Assembly: GCA_964521285.1 (NCBI GenBank)
Contig: CAZFQS010000012.1
Span: forward strand, 15,683 to 79,682
DNA from: an uncultured Bacteroidales bacterium
GTDB lineage: Bacteria > Bacteroidota > Bacteroidia > Bacteroidales > UBA10428
Length of the DNA: 64,000 nucleotides
Reading direction: 5' to 3'
The notes under the pieces were generated by a model. That model worked only from the letters and a program-made list of their open reading frames with translations, was not told the origin of the DNA and did no database searches. Of this stretch, positions 11,730 through 20,221 are shown one piece after another; position 1 is the first letter of the stretch, and each line of letters begins with the position of its first letter. The position numbers and the translations under genes are program-made.

Positions 11730-11946
11730 GTGGATAAAAACAGTAATAAAATAAGAGATGCTGTAAGAGAAAGTTATGGCAAAGCAGCGGAAAAGCCTTC
11801 GTCATATGGTTGTGGATGCAGTAAAGAAGAAGATAGCGGATGTTGTTCGCCGGATATTAGTTAACGAGAGGGTTAGGGGCAACAATATTAATGATTTTAT
11901 TGTTTCTGTGACTATTGAAGCAGTTAAGCCTTCCTCCGTCAGTTAA
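11730..11946 (+). pseudogene. arsM: Remnant of an arsenite S-adenosylmethionine methyltransferase (ArsM-like): N-terminal and C-terminal ends only, core deleted
   Basis: 11730-11864 translates to VDKNSNKIRDAVRESYGKAAEKPSSYGCGCSKEEDSGCCSPDIS*, resembling the ArsM N-terminus with its Cys pair. 11878-11946 translates to GNNINDFIVSVTIEAVKPSSVS*, resembling the ArsM C-terminal strand. The ~200-aa methyltransferase core is absent. Confidence 0.45.
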
Positions 11947-11984
11947 GCATTCCTCCGGCAGGTAAACCAGCAGTAACATAGTGC

Positions 11985-14900
11985 TTATTTCTTTTTATAT
12001 TTTGATAATTCGGTTTTTAGCCTGTTAATCTCTTTTTTATATTCTTTCTCCTTTATTTTGTATTCATCTGATATTTTCTCAAATTCCTTTTCCTTCCTTT
12101 CCATTTCTTCCTGGGTGGCTGCCATCTCCTCGAGGTTTTGTCTCAGCTCCTCCTCCTGGGAGGTTAACTCTTCGGTTTTTTGTTTTACCTGCTCATACAT
12201 TTTTTTCATATTCTCATTTGCCTTAATTGTGGCTAATGTTGCTGAAACCATTTCTCCCATCTTATCTACAAATTCTATTTTGTAAGGTTCAAGTTTCTCA
12301 AGTGATACAATTTCCACAACACCCATAACCAGTTCATCAAGCTTTAAGGGTATAAGGGCTAAATGCTTACACCGGGTTTCCCCTAAACCGGACGAAAGTC
12401 TGGCATACTCTTCAGGGAGGTCATCAACCAGGATGACTTCCTTTTCTTTAAAGCATGTTCCTACCTGTCCTTCGCCAACATTAAACTTTTTTATCTCTGA
12501 TTTTTTTTTGTCATAACCGTAACTTCCTATCATTTCAAGATATTGTTCCTTTTCATTGTCAGATATAATAAACACGCCCCCCTGGTTTGCTTCAAGATAT
12601 TCCACAAGATTTGAAATCAGCACCTTTGCCAGGGTATTGAGATCATCTTTATTTTTACTTGTCAAATCACTAAACTTGGCCAATCCAGCATTATACCATT
12701 TCTGCACTCTTTCTGCTTCTTCTTTCTGCTGCAGGGCAATGCCCTGCTTTTCAATTTCTTTTTTTTGTTTTTCCAGTTCTTTTTTCCCCTCTTTTATATT
12801 CTTTTCAAGGACTGCCTTATCTTTTTTTACATGTTCTTCCCTGCGTTTAATAATATAATAAACCGCATATACTATGATAGCCGCCGATATAATGTAAAAC
12901 CACAGGGTCCTCCAGAATGGAGGAACAATTTTTATTTCCAGGGAGGCCCCTTCCTCATTCCAAATTCCGTCATTATTAGAGGCTTTAACCCTGAATACAT
13001 AATCCCCGGGATCGAGGTTTGTAAAAGAAACTTTACGTTCATTTTTTGCATCAATCCATTTATCGTTAAATCCTTCCATCATATACATATATCTGTTTTT
13101 CTGGGATTGGCGGTAATTTAAAGCAGTATACTCAAAGGAAAATATATTTTGATTATATTTTAGTTTTATATGCTTTGTAACCAGAATATTCTTTTTCAAT
13201 ATTGACTCATCGCCAATTTCAACTTCCTCATTAAATAATTTGAATCCTGTAATATAAACAGGTGGTTTGTACGGATTATCCTGTACTTTTTCGGGATCGA
13301 ACATATTAAATCCGTTTACTCCCCCGAACAGGAGTTCCCCTGTAGACAGCTTTCTGAATGCCCATCTTCCAAACTGATTGCTCTGCAGCCCGTCGCTTGC
13401 ATTGTAGTTTTTGAAAGTCAGGCTATCCGGATTAAATTTACATAATCCCTCATTGGTACTTAGCCATAAATTTCCTGCTTTATCCTCGAGTATACCCAGA
13501 ATAACGTCATTTGGCAATCCGTCATTCATTCTGTATATTTTAAAGGTGTTATTTCCCCTGTTCAACAAATTCAGACCGCCGCCATTAGTGCCTATCCACA
13601 ATCTTTTTTTTGAATCTTCGTAAAGAGAATATACCGACACATTACCAATTCCTTCTGTTTCATTTTCAGTTTCATTTACTTCCTCATAATGAACAAATAT
13701 CTTCTTATCCCGGTCATACATAAAAAGACCTGCTCCCTCGGAAGCTATCCATAAATTACCCAGGTAATCTTCAGTCATCATAACAGCGGCAGATGTAGTA
13801 TATGAATTAGGATCGTTTTCATCATTAACATATCTGGTGAAATTATCTGCTGACCTGTTATACTTGCTAATCCCATTTCCCCAGGTACAAATCCATATAT
13901 CATTACGGCTATCCTCATATATATAAAAAATATTGTTGTCACTCAGTGACGATTCATCATCAGGATCATAAACATAATGACTGAACTCACCGTTATCCGG
14001 ATTATAAACGTTAACTCCGCCTCCCCACATCCCAATCCATATTAAGCCATCACTTGCAAGGTGTAAAGCCAGAACCTTATTATTGGTAAGCCCTTTTGGT
14101 CTGGACGGATCAAACATTATATGCGAAAACTTATTTGTAAGCCTGTTAAAGTAATTAAGACCCCCGCCGTCTGTTCCTATCCATATATTTCCGTATTCAT
14201 CTTCCGCAAAACTGGTAACATTATTGTTACTGAGACTGTTTTCATCATACTTGATCTTCTTATAATGAGAAAATTTATACTTTCCCTTGTCATATATGGA
14301 TAATCCGCCAAATCTTGTACTAACCCACATACGATTATTGACATCAAAATATATATCTGCAATATCGCTACTGCTTAAGCTCCCTTCTTCATCTTCTTCC
14401 TGGTAGAATACTGTAAAATTATCATCAACCTCATTATATAAACATAATCCACCTGATGTACCTACCCAGATCTGACCTTCCGAACTTTCAGCTATGCAAT
14501 TAACAAGATTATTCGGGAGACTGTTCTTATCGGTTGGATCAGAAACATATTGTTTAAATATGCCTCTATTCACATCCATGAGATTAAGACCCCTGTCAAA
14601 GGTACCTACCCACAGCCTTCCCCTGGAATCTTTGAACAGTCGCTGTACCTTATTACTACTAATGCTATGAGGATCATCAGGATCATATGTGAAATTAGTA
14701 AATTTGTTTTCGCTTTCGTAAAATAATGATAGTCCGCTGTATGTAGCTATCCAGTAAAGACCCTGACTGTCTTCCAGTGCATACCTGGTAAAATTGCTGG
14801 GAAGAGAATTATAATATGTTGGATCATTCTCAATCAACCTCATTTTATTGTTTCTAATATCATAGACATTAATACCCTGTTCGGTTGAAATCCATAACCT

Positions 14901-15341
14901 GTTTTTTGAATCAATAAATAATTCCTGAATTCCATCAGCAACAATACTCTTGGGATTATCGGGATCATGTATTATCCTTATAAAGTTATTCTTATTCCTG
15001 TCATAAAAATTAAGACCACGCTGGGTCCCGATCCATAAATTACTGTCTTTATCTTCAGCTATTGCCCTGACAAAATTGTTGCTTATACTGGTTGAGTCCC
15101 GTGGATCATTACGGTATATCTTAATCTGATATCCATCGTATAAATTCAGGCCATCTTCAGTTCCAATCCAAATAAATCCCCTACTGTCCTGAATTGTAGC
15201 CAGGGCATTACCCTGTGACAGTCCATTCTCAACAGTTAGATGATCGAATTTTATTTTATTTATTTGTCCCTCAGTACCGGCACAAAATACAAATAAAATC
15301 ACCCAGGTCAGGTGTTTTGTAAAATTACCCGGTTTTATCAT
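11985..15341 (-). CDS. Membrane sensor: periplasmic two-component-regulator propeller repeats + Y_Y_Y domain, one TM helix, cytoplasmic GAF domain and coiled coil; no kinase/receiver/HTH
   Basis: 1118 aa with many repeats of the type xxIWIGTxxGLNxYD. Y_Y_Y region YxYMMEGFNDKWID...YVFRVKASNNDGIWNE and TM LWFYIISAAIIVYAVYYII. GAF-like segment (NVGEGQVGTCFKEKEVILVDD...) followed by EELTSQEEELRQNLEEMAATQEEM coiled coil and the stop. Confidence 0.75.
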   Translation of the reverse strand: MIKPGNFTKHLTWVILFVFCAGTEGQINKIKFDHLTVENGLSQGNALATIQDSRGFIWIGTEDGLNLYDGYQIKIYRNDPRDSTSISNNFVRAIAEDKDSNLWIGTQRGLNFYDRNKNNFIRIIHDPDNPKSIVADGIQELFIDSKNRLWISTEQGINVYDIRNNKMRLIENDPTYYNSLPSNFTRYALEDSQGLYWIATYSGLSLFYESENKFTNFTYDPDDPHSISSNKVQRLFKDSRGRLWVGTFDRGLNLMDVNRGIFKQYVSDPTDKNSLPNNLVNCIAESSEGQIWVGTSGGLCLYNEVDDNFTVFYQEEDEEGSLSSSDIADIYFDVNNRMWVSTRFGGLSIYDKGKYKFSHYKKIKYDENSLSNNNVTSFAEDEYGNIWIGTDGGGLNYFNRLTNKFSHIMFDPSRPKGLTNNKVLALHLASDGLIWIGMWGGGVNVYNPDNGEFSHYVYDPDDESSLSDNNIFYIYEDSRNDIWICTWGNGISKYNRSADNFTRYVNDENDPNSYTTSAAVMMTEDYLGNLWIASEGAGLFMYDRDKKIFVHYEEVNETENETEGIGNVSVYSLYEDSKKRLWIGTNGGGLNLLNRGNNTFKIYRMNDGLPNDVILGILEDKAGNLWLSTNEGLCKFNPDSLTFKNYNASDGLQSNQFGRWAFRKLSTGELLFGGVNGFNMFDPEKVQDNPYKPPVYITGFKLFNEEVEIGDESILKKNILVTKHIKLKYNQNIFSFEYTALNYRQSQKNRYMYMMEGFNDKWIDAKNERKVSFTNLDPGDYVFRVKASNNDGIWNEEGASLEIKIVPPFWRTLWFYIISAAIIVYAVYYIIKRREEHVKKDKAVLEKNIKEGKKELEKQKKEIEKQGIALQQKEEAERVQKWYNAGLAKFSDLTSKNKDDLNTLAKVLISNLVEYLEANQGGVFIISDNEKEQYLEMIGSYGYDKKKSEIKKFNVGEGQVGTCFKEKEVILVDDLPEEYARLSSGLGETRCKHLALIPLKLDELVMGVVEIVSLEKLEPYKIEFVDKMGEMVSATLATIKANENMKKMYEQVKQKTEELTSQEEELRQNLEEMAATQEEMERKEKEFEKISDEYKIKEKEYKKEINRLKTELSKYKKK

Positions 15342-15446
15342 GCCTGTCAGGATATTTAGGTGTTTGGTATAAAAAATGCAAAGTTTTCAGAGAAAATTAA
15401 CAAAAAAAATTGTCTTTCCAAAGTAAATTTATCAGCACTGACCTAT

Positions 15447-15481
15447 AAAAAACAAACGCTTGCATGTTAACTAACAAGCGT
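15447..15481 (-). terminator. Second (distal) rho-independent terminator after SusD 15568..17112
   Basis: Minus-strand RNA reads ACGCUUG-12 nt loop-CAAGCGU followed by UUGUUUUUU. Confidence 0.5.
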
Positions 15482-15494
15482 CTGTTTCTGATTC

Positions 15495-15524
15495 AAAAAA
15501 GAACTGGCTGCATGTGGCAGCCAG
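15495..15524 (-). terminator. Rho-independent terminator after SusD 15568..17112
   Basis: Minus-strand RNA reads CUGGCUGC-CACAU-GCAGCCAG (8-bp GC-rich stem) followed by UUCUUUUUU. Confidence 0.6.
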
Positions 15525-15567
15525 ATTCCCGTTACAATTGAATTAATATTAACCTGTGAAATTATTC

Positions 15568-17112
15568 TTAATATCCCGGGTTTTGAGTAAGATTTGGATT
15601 AGCATTTCTCTGATCCTGAGGAATAGGAAAAAGATTATAATGATCATCAGCTGCTATTGGTCTGAAATCACAAGGATCATTATATTTATCGAACCTTACC
15701 AGGTCATTTCTTCTCCATCCTTCTCCTGACAACTCCCAGGCACGTTCAGCAAGTAAAGCATCGAGTGTAAGGGTGGATATAGTGTGTAATTTATCCGGGA
15801 AATCAGGGAATGCACGCGCACGTACCTGATTTACCAGGTCGACTGCTTCCTGTGTAGCCGAACCCCCATTTTTTCTCATTAAAGCCTCGGCTTTCATAAG
15901 TAGTACATCTGCATAACGAAAGACAACAAAATCATTTTTCAGTTGCATATTTCTGGCACCGGTATAATCATATTTTACCCAGCGTGCCCCTTCATCCTCA
16001 AATGAACCCTCCAAAGAGGTAATATCGACTGTAAATATTAATGGTTCGCCTCTTTTTTCCTGGTTACAATATAAAGTATCACCTGATGAAGAAAATTGTA
16101 ATCCTGTAATCCAGGCATTTCTTCTGATATCAGTCGTATCATAGGATTTGTAAAATGAAGGCATTGCACACATTCCATTCCAGCCTCCCTCAGTCATATC
16201 ATAAGTCAGGTTACTCGTAAAGTGAAGTGTCCACAAATGAAGCTGGAACATTCCGGGCCCGCCCCAGTCAACTGCCTCAACATCATCATAAGGTACCACA
16301 AAAATATTTTCCGGAGAACCTTCATTTTCGGCTAAGAAATTTTCAAAATAATCATCGGCTAATGAGAATTTCCCGGAGTTAATAACAGAGTCACATGCTT
16401 CAATACATTCATCCCACATAGCCTGACCGGTAAATACTTCTGCATTAAGATAAAGTTTGGCCAGTAATGTAAAGGCTGCATAACGGTGAAAACGTCCATA
16501 GGTTGTCATATCAACTGAATTATTTAATACTGATGTTCCTTCACTGATCTCCTCTTCAACAAAATTAAATACTTCCTGCCTGCTGCTGTTCACCGGAGCA
16601 TATTCTTCAGGAACATCATAGCGGTCAACCAGGGGAACATTACCGAACAGGTCGAGTGCAACAAAATAGTAAAATGACCTCAATGCCTTTAATTCGTTCA
16701 TTACGGAAATCAGAGCAGGAGTTATTTCTTCAACCTGCAAATATATATAAATCGGACGGTTGCAATTTGATACGCCGGTATATATAAAATTCCAGGCTGC
16801 ATTTATATCACCTTCCTCTGTAGTCCATTCATGTTTGTGAAAACGCTGGTAAATTCCGGCATTATACCAGTGTGAACCGCGTGTGGGAATTAGCATTATA
16901 TCTGTAGTTAAAACATTCAATCCCCAGACTCCTTCGGGTTTAACAATACCTTTCAGGCTTGTATATGCAGGACCTGCTGCAGATAAAACCTGTCTTTCCG
17001 TTTTAAAATAGGTTTCACCTACAATATCGTGATAAACCTCAACATCCAGATCTGTACATGAAAATAACCCTGCCAGTATTATTGATATGAATAATAGCTT
17101 TTTCATAGTCAT
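15568..17112 (-). CDS. SusD/RagB-family outer-membrane lipoprotein
   Basis: Lipoprotein signal ...AGLFSCTDLDVE. Length and helical composition fit SusD. It starts 5 nt after the stop of the SusC-like gene. Confidence 0.9.
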   Translation of the reverse strand: MTMKKLLFISIILAGLFSCTDLDVEVYHDIVGETYFKTERQVLSAAGPAYTSLKGIVKPEGVWGLNVLTTDIMLIPTRGSHWYNAGIYQRFHKHEWTTEEGDINAAWNFIYTGVSNCNRPIYIYLQVEEITPALISVMNELKALRSFYYFVALDLFGNVPLVDRYDVPEEYAPVNSSRQEVFNFVEEEISEGTSVLNNSVDMTTYGRFHRYAAFTLLAKLYLNAEVFTGQAMWDECIEACDSVINSGKFSLADDYFENFLAENEGSPENIFVVPYDDVEAVDWGGPGMFQLHLWTLHFTSNLTYDMTEGGWNGMCAMPSFYKSYDTTDIRRNAWITGLQFSSSGDTLYCNQEKRGEPLIFTVDITSLEGSFEDEGARWVKYDYTGARNMQLKNDFVVFRYADVLLMKAEALMRKNGGSATQEAVDLVNQVRARAFPDFPDKLHTISTLTLDALLAERAWELSGEGWRRNDLVRFDKYNDPCDFRPIAADDHYNLFPIPQDQRNANPNLTQNPGY

Positions 17113-17117
17113 ATAAT

Positions 17118-20100
17118 TTAAAATTTTACATTAAAACCAACCATAAAGTTACGCGTACTGGGATAATCAAAACGATTATCATTGCCGGGCTCCAGCCCGC
17201 GTATGGAAACTTCCGGATCAACACCTGTATAACCGGTTATAACAAACAGGTTTGTACCTGTTAAATATATTCTTGCAGCCGTTATCCACCCTATGTTTTT
17301 AACTGGTAATTTATATCCGATTGTTATATTATCAACTTTAACAAAATCGGCATCCTCAACATAATAGCTGGAAAAATCAGGTTCGTCCCACACATCTTCA
17401 TCTAGTGCTGTTTTCATTACATTATCAGGCAGAAACGACGGATTGTCGTACCATATCCGCTTTGCATTAATAATTTGTTGTCCGAACATACCTCTGCACA
17501 TTATTGTTAAATCCAAGTTTCCGTATCGTAAAGTTGTAGATAAGCCCATATATAAGTCGGGAATACCGTTCCCTACAACATCCCTGTCAGCAACATTAAT
17601 ACGGCCATCAGAAGTGTCATTAACAGGATCATAATCCCTGAATATCCATCCACCTGTTGAATCCAGGCCTTCAAAAACATATCCGTGTATGTTTCCCAAT
17701 GGTTTACCAACCTCATAGCGGTGTGTCCATGCTTCAACACCGGGAGGACCTATATCTCCCAGATTTCTTCCTTCCAGTGTAAAATAATCATTGGAAAGTG
17801 AAAGTAGTTTATTTTTTCTGTAGTCAATATTAAAATCAAACCTCCAGTTAAATTTTTCTCTTACAACTGGTTCTGCATTTATACTAAATTCAATGCCTGA
17901 ATTTCTCAGTGAACCTACATTCTGCCATGTTTGATCATGTAAATTCGGTGGTTTGGGTACATCATAAAGTTCTAAAAGATCCTTTGTGTCACGTATATAA
18001 TAATCAACAGTACCTCCCAGTCGCGAATTCAGTATTAACCAGTCAAGTCCTATATTGTATTCATGTTTGGTTTCCCACTTAAGATCAGGATTAGGGTTGC
18101 TTATAGGGCCGAATCCCTGAATATAATTACCTTCATAGTAAAATCTTCCTTCATAACCGTATCTTATGAGGGGGACATAGGGATCATCCAGCCCTTCGTT
18201 GCCTGTAACACCATATCCTGCGCGTAGTTTAAGCATTTGAATATCAAACGCACTCATAAAATCTTCATTGGAAATGTCCCATGCAGCAGATACAGCGGGG
18301 AATGTACCCCATTTGTTGTTTGCTCCGAATTTTGATGAGCCTTCGCGCCTTACACTTGCTGAAATAAAATACCTCCCGCGAAAATTATATGCACCACGTG
18401 CAAAAAATGCTATCAGCCGGCTTTGTTTCTTATCAGAGTCCATAGTGGCACTTCCTTCAGTAAGATATGTTCCCAATCCTAAATAATTGTATTTTACTTC
18501 ATCAGTAACAAAATTTGTATTCGACGCTTCAAATCCTTCATAAATAAAATCCTGGTATGAATACCCACCAATGATATTAATATTGTGGTGAGACAGCTGT
18601 TTTTTCCATTCAATGACTGACTCAAATGTTGTTACTGATTTAGCATACATTTCACGTTCAGCCCGACCATATGTTCCGGCTGTTTCCTGAGGAAAAGAAT
18701 AGCTGGGCTGATAATATCCACCCAGTGAATCAATGATATGCAAACCTGTAAGAACTCCAACCTTTAATGCTTCAGTTATATTTAAATCAGCGCCCAGATT
18801 CACAAAGTATCTTGTAATTTTTTTATCATCTGAACGTTCCGTCAATATTCCAACCGGATTATCATTTTGCCAGCCAGGGACCTCAAATACACTACCATCA
18901 GGATTATAAACAGGCTGTGTTGGATTTCGTTTAATACATTGCCTGACAGCATTATAATCTACAGGATGATAGTTACTGTTAGTCATGCCTAACTGGGTGT
19001 TAAACATAAGCCTGTCATTTAAGGCTAATTGTTGCATATTTAAACTTACTTTATAATCTTTTCTTGAAGAATTAAGCAGTATACCTTCCTGACTCAAATA
19101 ATCAAATGATAAGCGATAGCTGGTATTTTCAGACCCGCCGCTTAATGAAAGATGTTGATTGTGGCTGAATGGTTCCCTTGTAATTTCATCAAACCAATCA
19201 GTATTATATCCATAGTCTTCCATACTTGCAGCTTTGTTAACTTTACTTATATTATCTGACTGGTCCCATTCTTCTTTTACTGAGCGGTACACATCTGCGC
19301 TTAGAACTTCAATTTTATTTAAAAGACGCTCCGTAAAAAATCTGCTTGAAAACTCAACCTGCATTTTACCTCTTTGACCTTTTTTCGTTGTAACCAGTAA
19401 TACGCCGTTAGTTCCACGAGTACCATAAATAGCTGCTGCTGAACCGTCCTTAAGAATATCTATAGACTCAATATCTTCCGGGGCAATAGCTTCAAGGCTT
19501 CCTCCAGGGATCCCATCCACAACTATTAGAGGCTGAAGACTGCCTTTTACACTTGAAGAACCTCTTAACAATATTTCAAAACCTGAGTTAGGATCACCGC
19601 CATTAGGTCTGACAACAGATAAGCCCGCTACTTTTCCCTGTATTAACTGAACAGGATCAGAAAATACTCCCTGGTTAAAATCATCCTCTTTCATTGAAGC
19701 TACAGAGCCGGTAAGTTCTCTCTTCTTAACAGAGCCATATCCGATTACCACAATCTCATCAAGGGCCTCAATACTTTCAACAAGAGTTAAATTAATTGTT
19801 GTCCGACCGGCAACATCGACTTCTTCGGACAGATAGCCTACGGATGAAAATATAAGTACTGCATCGGGGCCTGATACCGTAATAGTGTAGTTCCCATCCT
19901 GATCAGTTGAAGTACCACTCTGGGTAGCTTTCTCAAGAATATTAACACCAGGCAAAGGTTCACCTGTGTTTGCATCAGTTACAGTACCCTTTATTTCCAC
20001 TTCCTGCTTTACCTCAGTTAAAAGATCTGAATGTGTATAACCGGTTGCGGTTATGTATATCAGATTTATCGATAAAAGCAAGATTGATAGTTTAATGATT

Positions 20101-20189
20101 ATCAGGGCTTTTTTCAGATTATTGGACCCCCTGGCATTTTTAAAAAATAAAAGTTTTTTCATACTTAAGTTTTGTTTTAGGTTAAACAT
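17118..20189 (-). CDS. SusC/RagA-family TonB-dependent transporter (intact)
   Basis: 1023 aa. CarboxypepD_reg-like N-domain (GTVTDANTGEPLPGVNI), plug region (DEIVVIGYGSVKKRELTGS), and a barrel ending ...GFNVKF. Confidence 0.9.
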   Translation of the reverse strand: MFNLKQNLSMKKLLFFKNARGSNNLKKALIIIKLSILLLSINLIYITATGYTHSDLLTEVKQEVEIKGTVTDANTGEPLPGVNILEKATQSGTSTDQDGNYTITVSGPDAVLIFSSVGYLSEEVDVAGRTTINLTLVESIEALDEIVVIGYGSVKKRELTGSVASMKEDDFNQGVFSDPVQLIQGKVAGLSVVRPNGGDPNSGFEILLRGSSSVKGSLQPLIVVDGIPGGSLEAIAPEDIESIDILKDGSAAAIYGTRGTNGVLLVTTKKGQRGKMQVEFSSRFFTERLLNKIEVLSADVYRSVKEEWDQSDNISKVNKAASMEDYGYNTDWFDEITREPFSHNQHLSLSGGSENTSYRLSFDYLSQEGILLNSSRKDYKVSLNMQQLALNDRLMFNTQLGMTNSNYHPVDYNAVRQCIKRNPTQPVYNPDGSVFEVPGWQNDNPVGILTERSDDKKITRYFVNLGADLNITEALKVGVLTGLHIIDSLGGYYQPSYSFPQETAGTYGRAEREMYAKSVTTFESVIEWKKQLSHHNINIIGGYSYQDFIYEGFEASNTNFVTDEVKYNYLGLGTYLTEGSATMDSDKKQSRLIAFFARGAYNFRGRYFISASVRREGSSKFGANNKWGTFPAVSAAWDISNEDFMSAFDIQMLKLRAGYGVTGNEGLDDPYVPLIRYGYEGRFYYEGNYIQGFGPISNPNPDLKWETKHEYNIGLDWLILNSRLGGTVDYYIRDTKDLLELYDVPKPPNLHDQTWQNVGSLRNSGIEFSINAEPVVREKFNWRFDFNIDYRKNKLLSLSNDYFTLEGRNLGDIGPPGVEAWTHRYEVGKPLGNIHGYVFEGLDSTGGWIFRDYDPVNDTSDGRINVADRDVVGNGIPDLYMGLSTTLRYGNLDLTIMCRGMFGQQIINAKRIWYDNPSFLPDNVMKTALDEDVWDEPDFSSYYVEDADFVKVDNITIGYKLPVKNIGWITAARIYLTGTNLFVITGYTGVDPEVSIRGLEPGNDNRFDYPSTRNFMVGFNVKF

Positions 20190-20221
20190 TTAATTCTTAT
20201 GAATAATTGTCTTGTTTTCGA

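Noticed and set aside
12058-13121. Three plus-strand ORFs (75, 100 and 118 aa) rich in Ser/Phe/Leu
   Set aside because: They are antisense to the Lys/Glu-rich coiled-coil and TM region of the sensor gene. This is a mirror-frame artefact of purine-rich coding sequence.
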